Assembly: GCF_030143255.1 (NCBI RefSeq)
Contig: NZ_JARJNR010000005.1
Coordinates: forward strand, 122,068-186,067
DNA: 64,000 nucleotides
Direction: 5' to 3'
Source: Frigidibacter sp. SD6-1
GTDB lineage: Bacteria > Pseudomonadota > Alphaproteobacteria > Rhodobacterales > Rhodobacteraceae
Shown: positions 29,015-37,750 of the stretch, one piece after another
Numbering within the stretch: position 1 is the first letter of the stretch
Layout of the letters: every line of letters begins with the position of its first letter
Translations under genes and position numbers: made by a program
The notes under the pieces: generated by a model
Told to the model about the DNA's origin: nothing
The model's database searches: none
The model's input: the letters and a program-made list of their open reading frames with translations, nothing else

Positions 29015-29244
29015 GGACTGCTCCTTATGATTAACCGACTCGACTGGCACACTCCAAGGAACAGCCACCTCACAGTACGCACAACGATCGCAAATCTGCC
29101 GAAGATTTTGACCAAATTATGCCTGGATGCAGGCTGAACGGTGCGCTGCGGAGCGTTAGCTGAAGCGAGCCGTGCGCACCGGCCCCGACTGCCTTCGCTT
29201 CGGAAACAGTCGTCCCGGTTGTTCCCGGTGCCGTTTGAGGCTAA

Positions 29245-31188
29245 ATGCGGGGCAATCAGGAAAGCCTAGCAGTGACCGACCACCCCCAGACACCTATCCT
29301 TGACCGCGTGCGCACGCCAGCCGACCTCAAGGGGCTGAGCGACCGCGACCTGGCAACGCTCGCTGACGAACTGCGCGCCGAGACGATCAGCGCCGTGTCG
29401 GTCACGGGCGGCCATCTGGGCGCGGGGCTCGGCGTCGTCGAGCTGACGGTCGCAATCCATGCGGTCTTCGACACGCCGCGCGACAAACTGATCTGGGACG
29501 TCGGCCACCAGTGCTATCCCCACAAGATTCTCACCGGGCGGCGTGACCGGATCCGCACGCTGCGCATGAAGGGCGGGCTGTCGGGCTTCACCAAACGGTC
29601 GGAAAGCCCCTACGACCCGTTCGGCGCGGCGCATAGCTCGACCTCGATCAGCGCCGCCTTGGGTTTTGCCGCCGCGCGCGACCTCGGCGGCGATCCGGGC
29701 GATGCCATCGCGGTGATCGGCGACGGCGCGATGAGCGCGGGCATGGCCTATGAGGCGATGAACAACGCGGGCCATCTGAAGAAACGGCTTTTCGTCATCC
29801 TCAACGACAATGAAATGTCGATTGCGCCGCCCGTGGGCGCGATGTCGGCCTACCTCACGCGGCTTTACACAGAAGGCCCGTTCCAGGAGCTGAAGGCCGC
29901 CGCCAAGGGCGCGGTCAGCCTATTGCCGCCGCCCTTCCAGGAAGGCGCGCGGCGCGCGAAGGAAATGCTGAAGGGCATGGCGATCGGCGGCACTCTGTTC
30001 GAGGAATTGGGCTTTTCCTATGTCGGCCCTATCGACGGGCACGACATGGAACAACTTCTGTCGGTCCTGCGCACGGTAAAGGCGCGGGCGACGGGGCCGA
30101 TGCTGATCCATGTGCTGACCAAGAAGGGCAAGGGCTACGCCCCCGCCGAACGGGCCGCCGACAGGGGGCATGCGACGGCCAAGTTCGACGTGATGACGGG
30201 CGAGCAGAAGAAGGCGCCGTCCAACGCGCCGTCCTATACCAAGGTCTTTGCCCAAAGCCTGATCAAAGAGGCCGAGCGAGACGACAAGATCGTTGCGATC
30301 ACGGCGGCGATGCCGGACGGCACCGGGCTGAACCTCTTTGCCGAACGTTTTCCCCGCCGCTGCTTCGACGTGGGCATCGCCGAACAGCATGCCGTGACCT
30401 TCGCGGCGGGCCTTGCGGCGGGCGGCATGAAACCCTTCTGCGCGCTCTATTCCACCTTCCTGCAGCGCGGCTACGACCAGGTCGTCCATGACGTGGCGAT
30501 CCAGCGTCTGCCGGTGCGTTTCCCGATCGACCGGGCAGGATTGGTCGGTGCCGACGGCGCGACCCATGCGGGCGCCTTCGACGTGGCCTTCCTTGCCAAT
30601 CTTCCCGGTTTCGTGGTGATGGCGGCGGCGGACGAGGCCGAACTTGTCCACATGGTCGCCACGGCGGCTGCCATCGACGACCGCCCCTCGGCCTTCCGCT
30701 TCCCGCGCGGCGACGGCACCGGGGTGGAGATGCCGGAGCGTGGCCAGCCCCTTGAAATCGGCAAGGGCCGGATCGTCGCCGAAGGGGGACGGGTCGCTAT
30801 CCTCTCGTTCGGAACCCGGCTTGCCGAAGTGCTGAAGGCCCGCGAAAATCTCGCGGCGAAGGGCCTCGCGCCGACGGTGGCCGACGCCCGCTTCGCCAAG
30901 CCGCTCGACCGCGAGCTGATCCTGTCGCTTGCCCGCCATCACCAGGCGCTGATCACCGTCGAGGAAGGCGCCATCGGCGGCTTCGGCAGCCATGTGGCGC
31001 AGCTTCTGGCCGACGAGGGCATCTTCGACCGGGGTTTCAAATTCCGTTCGATGGTCCTGCCCGATACGTTCATCGACCAGATGAGCCCCGAAGACATGTA
31101 CGCGGTCGCGGGCATGAACGCGCCCGAGATCGAGGCGAAGGTGCTGGAAACGCTCGGCATCGCCCAGATCGGCGAACGCCGCGCCTGA
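29245..31188 (+). CDS. dxs: 1-deoxy-D-xylulose-5-phosphate synthase
   Basis: Full-length Dxs (647 aa) with TPP-binding motifs ([15 protein letters not shown]..., [14 protein letters not shown]). An alternative GTG start at 29272 is possible. Confidence 0.9.
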   Translation: MRGNQESLAVTDHPQTPILDRVRTPADLKGLSDRDLATLADELRAETISAVSVTGGHLGAGLGVVELTVAIHAVFDTPRDKLIWDVGHQCYPHKILTGRRDRIRTLRMKGGLSGFTKRSESPYDPFGAAHSSTSISAALGFAAARDLGGDPGDAIAVIGDGAMSAGMAYEAMNNAGHLKKRLFVILNDNEMSIAPPVGAMSAYLTRLYTEGPFQELKAAAKGAVSLLPPPFQEGARRAKEMLKGMAIGGTLFEELGFSYVGPIDGHDMEQLLSVLRTVKARATGPMLIHVLTKKGKGYAPAERAADRGHATAKFDVMTGEQKKAPSNAPSYTKVFAQSLIKEAERDDKIVAITAAMPDGTGLNLFAERFPRRCFDVGIAEQHAVTFAAGLAAGGMKPFCALYSTFLQRGYDQVVHDVAIQRLPVRFPIDRAGLVGADGATHAGAFDVAFLANLPGFVVMAAADEAELVHMVATAAAIDDRPSAFRFPRGDGTGVEMPERGQPLEIGKGRIVAEGGRVAILSFGTRLAEVLKARENLAAKGLAPTVADARFAKPLDRELILSLARHHQALITVEEGAIGGFGSHVAQLLADEGIFDRGFKFRSMVLPDTFIDQMSPEDMYAVAGMNAPEIEAKVLETLGIAQIGERRA

Positions 31189-31310
31189 GGGCTCCATCCG
31201 GCAGCTTTGTGCAGCGCTGCAACAGTTGTGGGTTACCGGCAGCGGCAGATTGAAGCCGCGCCAAAAACGCATAGGTGATTCCCTGGGGGCTTCAACCTGG
31301 GGAGATACAG

Positions 31311-32690
31311 ATGGCAAACCAATTCGGCCCGGCATTGATCGTGACCTTCTTCGGCCTTTTGGCCATCGGTCTGATCCTCGCCATCCTTTTCCGCCGCGTT
31401 GTCAGCACGAACACGGTGCATATCGTGCAGCGCGGCCATGCGACCACGCCTTACGGCACCGGCCTTTCGGCCGGGAACGTCTATTACGCCTGGCCCAGCT
31501 GGATTCCGCGCTTCGGGGTGACGGTCATCCAGCTGCCCGTCTCCAACTTCGACCTGTCGCTGCATGATTACGAGGCCTATGACACTGACCGCGTGCCGTT
31601 CGTCGTGCATGTCACCTCGTTCTTCCGCATCGCCGATACGGCGCTTGCCGCACAGCGGGTGGCGAGCATCGAGGAGCTGAAGGAACAGCTCATGCAGATC
31701 GTGCAGGGCGCTGTCCGCAAGGTGCTCGCGGGCGACAAGATCGACACGATCATGCTGGAACGGTCGAAATTCGGCCTGGCCTTCACCAGCGAGGTGGTCG
31801 AGCAACTCAAGCAATGGGGTGTCGAACCGGTCAAGTCGATGGAACTCATGGATATCCGCGACGGCGACGGCAGCAAGGTCATCTTCAACATCATGGCCAA
31901 GAAGACCTCGCATATCGAGATGGAAAGCCGCCGCGAGGTGGCCGAGAACAAGCGCGCCGCCGAAACCGCCGAGATCGAGGCGCAGCGCGAGATCGACATG
32001 CGCAAGCAGGAGGCCGAGCGCGCGGTGGGCGAGAAGACCGCCGAGAAGGACAAGGCGGTCGGCATCGCCAACGAGGTCGCGCGTCAGGAAGTGCTGACCC
32101 AGGAACGGGAGACGCGCGAACGTCACATGGCCGTCGCCCGCGTCGACGAGGTGCGCCGCGCCGAGATCGAGCGCGACAAGCAGCTCGTCGCCGCCGAACA
32201 GGACCGCCAGACCACCGTCATCATCGCCGAAGGCCAGCTTGCCGCCCAGCAGCGCGAGGCCGAGGGTATCAAGGCGATCGGCGAGGCCAAAGCTGCCGCC
32301 GAACGCGCGATGCAGCTTGCACCGGTCGAGGCGCAGATCGTTCTGGCCAAGGAGATCGGCGAGAATGCAGGTTATCAGCAGTACTTGATGACCATCGAAG
32401 GTATCAAAGGCTATGTCGTCGTGGGCGGCGAGCAGGCGAGGGCTTTGCAAGCGGCCGAGGTCAAGGTGATCGCCAACACCGGCCGCGCGGGCGAGGGGAT
32501 GGGCACCGTGATGGACCTCTTCTCCTCGAAGGGCGGCACGAACCTTGCCGCGGCGGTCGAGGCCTTTTCGCAAAGCCCGCTCGGCGGCGCGGTGATGGAG
32601 AAGCTTCTGGCCGCTAAGGCTGGCCCTGCCCTGCCCGAAAGCACCGCGGCGGAAGCCGCTGGTCCGCCTGCAGCCCCCGCGAGCGCCTGA
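31311..32690 (+). CDS. Flotillin / SPFH (band-7) domain protein
   Basis: N-terminal TM helix, SPFH domain, and a long Glu/Ala/Arg-rich coiled coil (EAQREIDMRKQEAERA...) typical of bacterial flotillins (YqiK/FloT-like). GGAG ribosome-binding site before the ATG at 31311. Confidence 0.8.
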   Translation: MANQFGPALIVTFFGLLAIGLILAILFRRVVSTNTVHIVQRGHATTPYGTGLSAGNVYYAWPSWIPRFGVTVIQLPVSNFDLSLHDYEAYDTDRVPFVVHVTSFFRIADTALAAQRVASIEELKEQLMQIVQGAVRKVLAGDKIDTIMLERSKFGLAFTSEVVEQLKQWGVEPVKSMELMDIRDGDGSKVIFNIMAKKTSHIEMESRREVAENKRAAETAEIEAQREIDMRKQEAERAVGEKTAEKDKAVGIANEVARQEVLTQERETRERHMAVARVDEVRRAEIERDKQLVAAEQDRQTTVIIAEGQLAAQQREAEGIKAIGEAKAAAERAMQLAPVEAQIVLAKEIGENAGYQQYLMTIEGIKGYVVVGGEQARALQAAEVKVIANTGRAGEGMGTVMDLFSSKGGTNLAAAVEAFSQSPLGGAVMEKLLAAKAGPALPESTAAEAAGPPAAPASA

Positions 32691-32816
32691 GACAGGGGAA
32701 TGGCGGGACGGGGTGGCACGCCGGTCACCCTGCCCCGATTTCCGCCCGAAGGACCGCGCCGCCCCTTGCGCGGTCGCCCGCAATTTCAGATGCTTGCAGG
32801 CAAAAGGAATATCCCG

Positions 32817-33446
32817 ATGCCCGACCGCCGCACCCTGATCCTGTCCGGCACCGCGCTCGCGGCGGCCCATCTGGCCACGCCAGCGCTTGGCCAGGTGCTG
32901 GCCGCGCCGAAACTGAAGCCGCTCGATGCCGCGACCCTCGGCAGCGCCGAGGCGCCGTTGCCGGGTGTGACGATCGCGCCCGACCTCTGGCCGGTTCTTG
33001 TGCGGGTGAAACCCGATTTCGCGCCCGGGTCGATCATCGTGCTGTCGTCGAAATATTTCCTCTACTACGTCACCAAGAAGGGCCATGCGATCCGCTATGG
33101 CGTCGCGGTCGGCAAGGCGGAACTGCAGTTCCGCGGCGCGGCCGATGTGGGCGCCAAGACCGAATGGCCAAGCTGGAAGCCGACGCCCGAGATGGTCGAG
33201 CGCAATCCCAAGGCTTACGCGAAATATGCCGAAAAGGGCATGCCCGGCGGCCCGGGCAACCCGCTGGGCGCGCGGGCGATATACCTCTACCAGAACGGCC
33301 ATGACACCGCCGTGCGCATCCATGGCACGGTCGAGCCGAATTCGATCGGCAAGTCGGTCTCGAACGGCTGCATCCGCATGCTGAACGAACATGTGACCGA
33401 TCTTTATGCCCGGGTGGAGCTGGGCGCCCCGGTCATGGTCTTCTGA
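32817..33446 (+). CDS. L,D-transpeptidase (YkuD domain), Tat signal
   Basis: Tat motif RRTLIL. Catalytic motif HGT...SNGCIRM. About 210 aa. Confidence 0.8.
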   Translation: MPDRRTLILSGTALAAAHLATPALGQVLAAPKLKPLDAATLGSAEAPLPGVTIAPDLWPVLVRVKPDFAPGSIIVLSSKYFLYYVTKKGHAIRYGVAVGKAELQFRGAADVGAKTEWPSWKPTPEMVERNPKAYAKYAEKGMPGGPGNPLGARAIYLYQNGHDTAVRIHGTVEPNSIGKSVSNGCIRMLNEHVTDLYARVELGAPVMVF

Positions 33447-34213
33447 TGCAGGGTCGCGCGCTCAGGCTTCTGATCTGTCGACCGCTCTCGCCTGCGGGCG
33501 ACGAGGCGGCGGCCAGTGCCGAGATCGAGCGGGCGCTGGCGGTCGGCCGCGCGGCCGAGGCCGACATGGCGGTGCTGCCGGAACTGATGCTGCCGGGCTA
33601 CGGTGTCGAGGAAATGGCGACCCATGCCCAGGCGCCGGACGGGCCATGGATCGCCGACCTCTGCCAGCGGGCGAAACAGGCGGGTTGCGGTCTGATCCTC
33701 GGCTATGCCGAACGCGACGGCACGCAGCTCTTCAACAGCGCCGTGGCAATATCGGCGGCGGGCAAGGTCATCGGCCATCACCGCAAGGTGCAGCTGTTCG
33801 GCGCGCGCGAGGCGCGGCTTTTCGCCGAGGGCGACGGCCTGTCGAGCTTCGATCTGGGTAACCTGCATGTCGGACTGCTGATCTGCTATGACGTCGAATT
33901 TGCCCACCACGTCCGGGCGCTCGCGCTGCGCGGCGTCGATCTGGTGATCGCGCCGAGTGCGAACTACGACCCCCAGGTCACCGACCGGCTTCTGCCCGCG
34001 CAGGCGATCACCAATGGCGTGATGATCGCCTATGTGAATTTTGCGGGCACCGAGGGCGCGCAGTTCTATTGCGGCGAAAGCGCCGTGGTCGATCAGCGCG
34101 GCGCCTTCCTGGCGCGCGCGGGCGCGGCGCCGGGGATGCTGATCGTCGATCTGCCGGTGCCGGAACTGCCGACCGCTGTCGCCACCCATCTGACCGACCA
34201 CCGCGACCTTTGA
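33446..34213 (+). CDS. Carbon-nitrogen hydrolase (nitrilase superfamily)
   Basis: CN-hydrolase fold with a Glu-Lys-Cys triad arrangement (PELMLPGY ... HHRKVQLF ... LICYDVEF). Start overlaps the L,D-transpeptidase stop (TGATG). Confidence 0.75.
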   Translation: MQGRALRLLICRPLSPAGDEAAASAEIERALAVGRAAEADMAVLPELMLPGYGVEEMATHAQAPDGPWIADLCQRAKQAGCGLILGYAERDGTQLFNSAVAISAAGKVIGHHRKVQLFGAREARLFAEGDGLSSFDLGNLHVGLLICYDVEFAHHVRALALRGVDLVIAPSANYDPQVTDRLLPAQAITNGVMIAYVNFAGTEGAQFYCGESAVVDQRGAFLARAGAAPGMLIVDLPVPELPTAVATHLTDHRDL

Positions 34214-34217
34214 CCTC

Positions 34218-35273
34218 ATGGCATTGCGCCTCACCTCGCTGGCCCAGCTTCAAGCGGAAGGGTTCGACACGGTGATCGACGTGCGCGCCCCTGCCGAATA
34301 TGCCGAGGATCATCTGCCCGGCGCCATCAGCCTGCCGGTTCTGGATGATGAGGAGCGCGCCCGCGTCGGGACGATCTACAAGCAGGAAAGCCCGTTCCGC
34401 GCCCGCAAGATCGGCGCGGCGCTGGTCGCGCGCAACGCCGCCCGGCATCTGGAAGGACCGCTCGCCGACAAGCCCGGCGGCTGGCGCCCGCTCGTCTATT
34501 GCTGGCGGGGTGGGCAGCGGTCCAACTCCTTCGCCTCGATCCTGTCGCAGATCGGCTGGCGGGTCGAGGTGCTGGAAGGCGGCTACAAGGCCTGGCGCTC
34601 GCTGGTGCTGGCCGAACTGAACGACCGGCCCTTTCCGGCGCCGCTGTGGGTCCTCGACGGCAATACCGGCACCGCGAAGACCGAGGTGCTGGCCCGGCTC
34701 TCCGGCCTCGGGATCCAGACCATCGACCTTGAGCGGCTCGCCAACCATCGCGGCTCGCTCTTCGGTCATCGGACAGGCGGCCAGCCCGGCCAGAAGGCCT
34801 TCGACAACCGCCTGGCAATGGCGATCGCCGGGATCGACCCCACGCGGCCGGTGGTGGTCGAGGCGGAAAGTTCTCGCATCGGCGATCTGAACCTGCCGAA
34901 GCAACTGTGGAAAGCCATGTCTGCCGCCCCCCGCATCCGCATCGCCGCCCCGCTGGAGGCGCGCGCCGCCTATCTGACGCGCGCCTATGCCGACCTGACG
35001 GCCGACCCCGGACGGCTCTGCCGCGTGGTCGAAAGCCTGCGCCCCGTCCAGCCCGCCGAGCGGATCGAGGCCTGGCTGAAACTGGCAAAGACCGGGGACT
35101 TTCGCGAACTGGCGGCGGGTCTCATGCGCGACCACTACGACCGCAGGTACGAGAAGCATCGGGCGCGTTTTCGCGGCGGCGAGGACCGCGAGCTGGCGAC
35201 CGATAGGCTGGACGAGGAGGCGATCGGCAAGATGGCAGGACAGATCGCTGACCGCTTGGCTGCCGTGGGCTGA
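34218..35273 (+). CDS. selU: tRNA 2-selenouridine synthase (MnmH/SelU)
   Basis: N-terminal rhodanese domain with an active-site Cys (YCWRGGQRS) and a C-terminal P-loop-like domain. 351 aa, typical of SelU/YbbB. Confidence 0.75.
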   Translation: MALRLTSLAQLQAEGFDTVIDVRAPAEYAEDHLPGAISLPVLDDEERARVGTIYKQESPFRARKIGAALVARNAARHLEGPLADKPGGWRPLVYCWRGGQRSNSFASILSQIGWRVEVLEGGYKAWRSLVLAELNDRPFPAPLWVLDGNTGTAKTEVLARLSGLGIQTIDLERLANHRGSLFGHRTGGQPGQKAFDNRLAMAIAGIDPTRPVVVEAESSRIGDLNLPKQLWKAMSAAPRIRIAAPLEARAAYLTRAYADLTADPGRLCRVVESLRPVQPAERIEAWLKLAKTGDFRELAAGLMRDHYDRRYEKHRARFRGGEDRELATDRLDEEAIGKMAGQIADRLAAVG

Positions 35274-35419
35274 CCTTCCCGTTGCCGGTCACATGGCTGC
35301 AGGCGCTTGAACGTGTCACCAGGCCAGCCTGTCTGCAGGACCAGTTCGCATTCCTCTGACGGCACAATGAGGATGGAGCCCCCCTTCCCGGATCGCCTCG
35401 CCTTCGCTAGGGTGCCGGC

Positions 35420-36085
35420 ATGAGCTGGAACATCCCGAATATCCTGACCGTGCTTCGCCTGTTCGCCGCCCCGGGCGTGGCGGTGATGTTTCTCTATTTT
35501 CACCGACCCTGGGCCGACTGGTTCGCGCTGACGCTTTTTGTCGGCGCGGCGATCACCGACTATTTCGACGGCTATCTCGCGCGGCTCTGGCGGCAGGAAT
35601 CGAAGTTCGGCGCCATGCTCGACCCGATCGCCGACAAGGCGATGGTGGTGATCGCCATCATGATCCTGACCGGCTACAACGGCATGAACCCCTGGCTGAT
35701 CCTGCCAGCAACCGTGATCCTTTTCCGCGAGGTCTTCGTTTCGGGGCTGAGGGAATATCTCGGCGCGGCGGCGGGGACGCTGAAGGTCACCAGGCTCGCC
35801 AAATGGAAGACGACGACCCAGATGGTGGCGATCGCGGTCCTCTTCCTCGGGACGGGGCTCGAATATCTGAACGGCGTGGCGATGAAGGGCATGACGCCCG
35901 AGCAATATGCCGATGCCGTGACGGCGGGCTTGGCCGATCCGGTCCGGGCCTGCGGGCGGCGCGACTGCGCCTCTCTCGCCAATGATGCCGGGATCGTGCT
36001 GCTGTGGCTTGCGGCGGTCCTTACATTCGTGACCGGATGGGATTATTTCAGGAAGGCGATGCCGCTCCTGAAAGACGAAAGATGA
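35420..36085 (+). CDS. pgsA: CDP-diacylglycerol--glycerol-3-phosphate 3-phosphatidyltransferase
   Basis: CDP-alcohol phosphatidyltransferase motif DYFDGYLAR...GAMLDPIADK. Polytopic membrane protein. Confidence 0.8.
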   Translation: MSWNIPNILTVLRLFAAPGVAVMFLYFHRPWADWFALTLFVGAAITDYFDGYLARLWRQESKFGAMLDPIADKAMVVIAIMILTGYNGMNPWLILPATVILFREVFVSGLREYLGAAAGTLKVTRLAKWKTTTQMVAIAVLFLGTGLEYLNGVAMKGMTPEQYADAVTAGLADPVRACGRRDCASLANDAGIVLLWLAAVLTFVTGWDYFRKAMPLLKDER

Positions 36086-36330
36086 TCGACCTTCTCTATT
36101 TCGCCTGGGTCCGCGAACGGATCGGCCTGCCGCGCGAGCGGGTGGAAACCACCGCTGCAACCGTGATGGATCTGATCGAGGAACTGAAGGCGCGCGAGGA
36201 TCGCTATCAGGCGGCGTTCGCCGACCTGCGGGCCCTGCGGGTGGCGGTGGATCAGGAGCTTGCCGATTTCTCCGCGCCGCTGTCGGGCGTGCGGGAGGTG
36301 GCCTTCTTCCCGCCGATGACCGGGGGCTGA
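36082..36330 (+). CDS. moaD: Molybdopterin synthase sulfur-carrier subunit MoaD
   Basis: About 82 aa, ubiquitin-like, ending in Gly-Gly. ATGA overlap with pgsA. Followed by moaE. Confidence 0.8.
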   Translation: MIDLLYFAWVRERIGLPRERVETTAATVMDLIEELKAREDRYQAAFADLRALRVAVDQELADFSAPLSGVREVAFFPPMTGG

Positions 36331-36334
36331 GACG

Positions 36335-36781
36335 ATGGTCGGCGACATCCGCGTTCAGGCCGAGCCGTTCGATTATGGCGCCGAATGCGCGGCCTTCGCA
36401 GCGCGCGCCCGGGGGGCGGGCGCCGTTGTCACCTTCCTTGGGCTGGTGCGCGACGATGGCGGGCGGCTCGCGCGGATGGAGATCGAACATTACCCCGGCA
36501 TGACCGAACGCGCGCTGGAAAAGATCGCGGAGGAGGCCGCCGGGCGCTGGCCGCTGTCGGCCTGCCTCGTCTTGCACCGCCACGGCAGCCTGAGCCCCGG
36601 TGAGCCGATCATGATGGTCGCGACCGCCTCGCGCCACCGGCAGGCTGCCTTCGCGGCGGCGGACTTTCTCATGGATTACCTGAAGTCCCGCGCGCCCTTC
36701 TGGAAAAAGGAATTTGGCGCGGACGGGGCGGCCTGGGTGGCCGCAAGGGACGAGGACGAGGCGGCGCTGACCCGCTGGTAG
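36335..36781 (+). CDS. moaE: Molybdopterin synthase catalytic subunit MoaE
   Basis: MoaE family, 148 aa (HYPGMTE...IMMVATASRHR). Usual pgsA-moaD-moaE arrangement. Confidence 0.85.
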   Translation: MVGDIRVQAEPFDYGAECAAFAARARGAGAVVTFLGLVRDDGGRLARMEIEHYPGMTERALEKIAEEAAGRWPLSACLVLHRHGSLSPGEPIMMVATASRHRQAAFAAADFLMDYLKSRAPFWKKEFGADGAAWVAARDEDEAALTRW

Positions 36782-36782
36782 G

Positions 36783-36858
36783 GCGCGGCCTCCTCGAAGC
36801 GCTTCGCGCACCCGTCGGATCGCACCCCGGCGAGGAGCGCGCGAAATGCGCGACGCCC
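36783..36858. repeat. Stop-codon-proximal structured repeat element, copy C
   Basis: CCTCCTCGAAGCGCTTCGCGCACCCGTCGGATCGCACCCCGGCGAGGAGCGCGCGAAATGCGCGACG begins directly after the moaE TAG. Contains the 12-bp palindrome CGAAGCGCTTCG and a stem TTCGCGC/GCGCGAA. Convergent junction. Confidence 0.55.
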
Positions 36859-36874
36859 CCCGGCGCGGCAAGAG

Positions 36875-37285
36875 CTATGGTTCATCCGTGCGGACCAGGC
36901 CCCATTGGCCGCCCCCGCGGAAGAACGCCGACCGCGCCCTGGGCCGGGCGGCAAGAAAATCCGTCACCGCCACCTTCACCGATTTCCGCCCGTCTTTGGC
37001 GAGATCGGAAAAGCCCAGATCATCGCCGGTCACGAGCCCGCCGGCGGCCGGGACCTCGGCCCGGCTGTTCACCAGCAGTCCCGTCCCGAAGGTCGGCATC
37101 CAGCGGTCCGGCCGGAACAGCCAGGGATCGACGAGGAGAAGCCGCGATGGGCGGACGGTTTCGAGGATCCGGGCGCTGAAGTCACTCTGCCAGACGCCGA
37201 TATCGGCCCCGACCGATCCGACGGGCAACCGCGCGAGCAGTGCCGCGCGGGCACGGGCGCGGCGCGGTGCAACCTCGCCACTCAT
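36875..37285 (-). CDS. Hypothetical protein, possible small SAM-dependent methyltransferase-like
   Basis: ATG at 37285 overlaps the dgkA stop (ATGA). Gly-rich VGADIGVWQSDFS segment resembles methyltransferase motif I. Weak call. Confidence 0.4.
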   Translation of the reverse strand: MSGEVAPRRARARAALLARLPVGSVGADIGVWQSDFSARILETVRPSRLLLVDPWLFRPDRWMPTFGTGLLVNSRAEVPAAGGLVTGDDLGFSDLAKDGRKSVKVAVTDFLAARPRARSAFFRGGGQWGLVRTDEP

Positions 37286-37707
37286 CGCAAGATGTGCGGA
37301 CCGAAGGTCAGGAGACCGACGATCACCGCATGGGCCGCAGTGATCAGGACCGCGCCTGCCGCGATATCCTTGGCCTTCCGCACCGCGTCCGAATATTCGG
37401 GGCGAACCACATCGCAGAGAAACTCGAACCCGGTGTTCATGACTTCCGCGAACCAGACCAATGCAATTGCGGTGACGATCCATAGCCAATCTTGGCGCCC
37501 GAGCCCTGCGGCGAAACCGGCAGCCACCACGACCGCAGCCACCGTCAGGTGAACCCAGGCATTGTGCTGCGTCCTGAGAACGAAGGCCAGGCCCTGCAGT
37601 GCGAAGCCCACACTTCGCAGGCGGTTCCGCAGAAAGCCGATCACGTGAGGCGCTCTGCGCGCCAGACGACAGCCTGCGCCGCGCGGGCCGTGCGCCCGCT
37701 CAGCCAT
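37282..37707 (-). CDS. dgkA: Diacylglycerol kinase (prokaryotic DgkA family)
   Basis: Small 3-TM protein with the DgkA signature (AEVMNTGFEFLCD). Start position uncertain. Confidence 0.7.
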   Translation of the reverse strand: MAERAHGPRGAGCRLARRAPHVIGFLRNRLRSVGFALQGLAFVLRTQHNAWVHLTVAAVVVAAGFAAGLGRQDWLWIVTAIALVWFAEVMNTGFEFLCDVVRPEYSDAVRKAKDIAAGAVLITAAHAVIVGLLTFGPHILR

Positions 37708-37750
37708 CCGAGTGGCGCGGCGATCAGGGCGGCAAGGGCGATACAGCAGA

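Noticed and set aside
29920-31335. 471-aa minus-strand ORF
   Set aside because: Antisense to dxs. No ribosome-binding site and no motif. dxs is unambiguous.
31233-33392. 719-aa minus-strand ORF
   Set aside because: Antisense to the flotillin and L,D-transpeptidase genes. Arg/Ala/Gly-rich low-complexity translation typical of a GC-rich shadow frame.
35135-36871. 578-aa minus-strand ORF
   Set aside because: Antisense to pgsA-moaD-moaE, all of which carry family signatures. Translation is Arg/Pro/Gly-rich with no motif.
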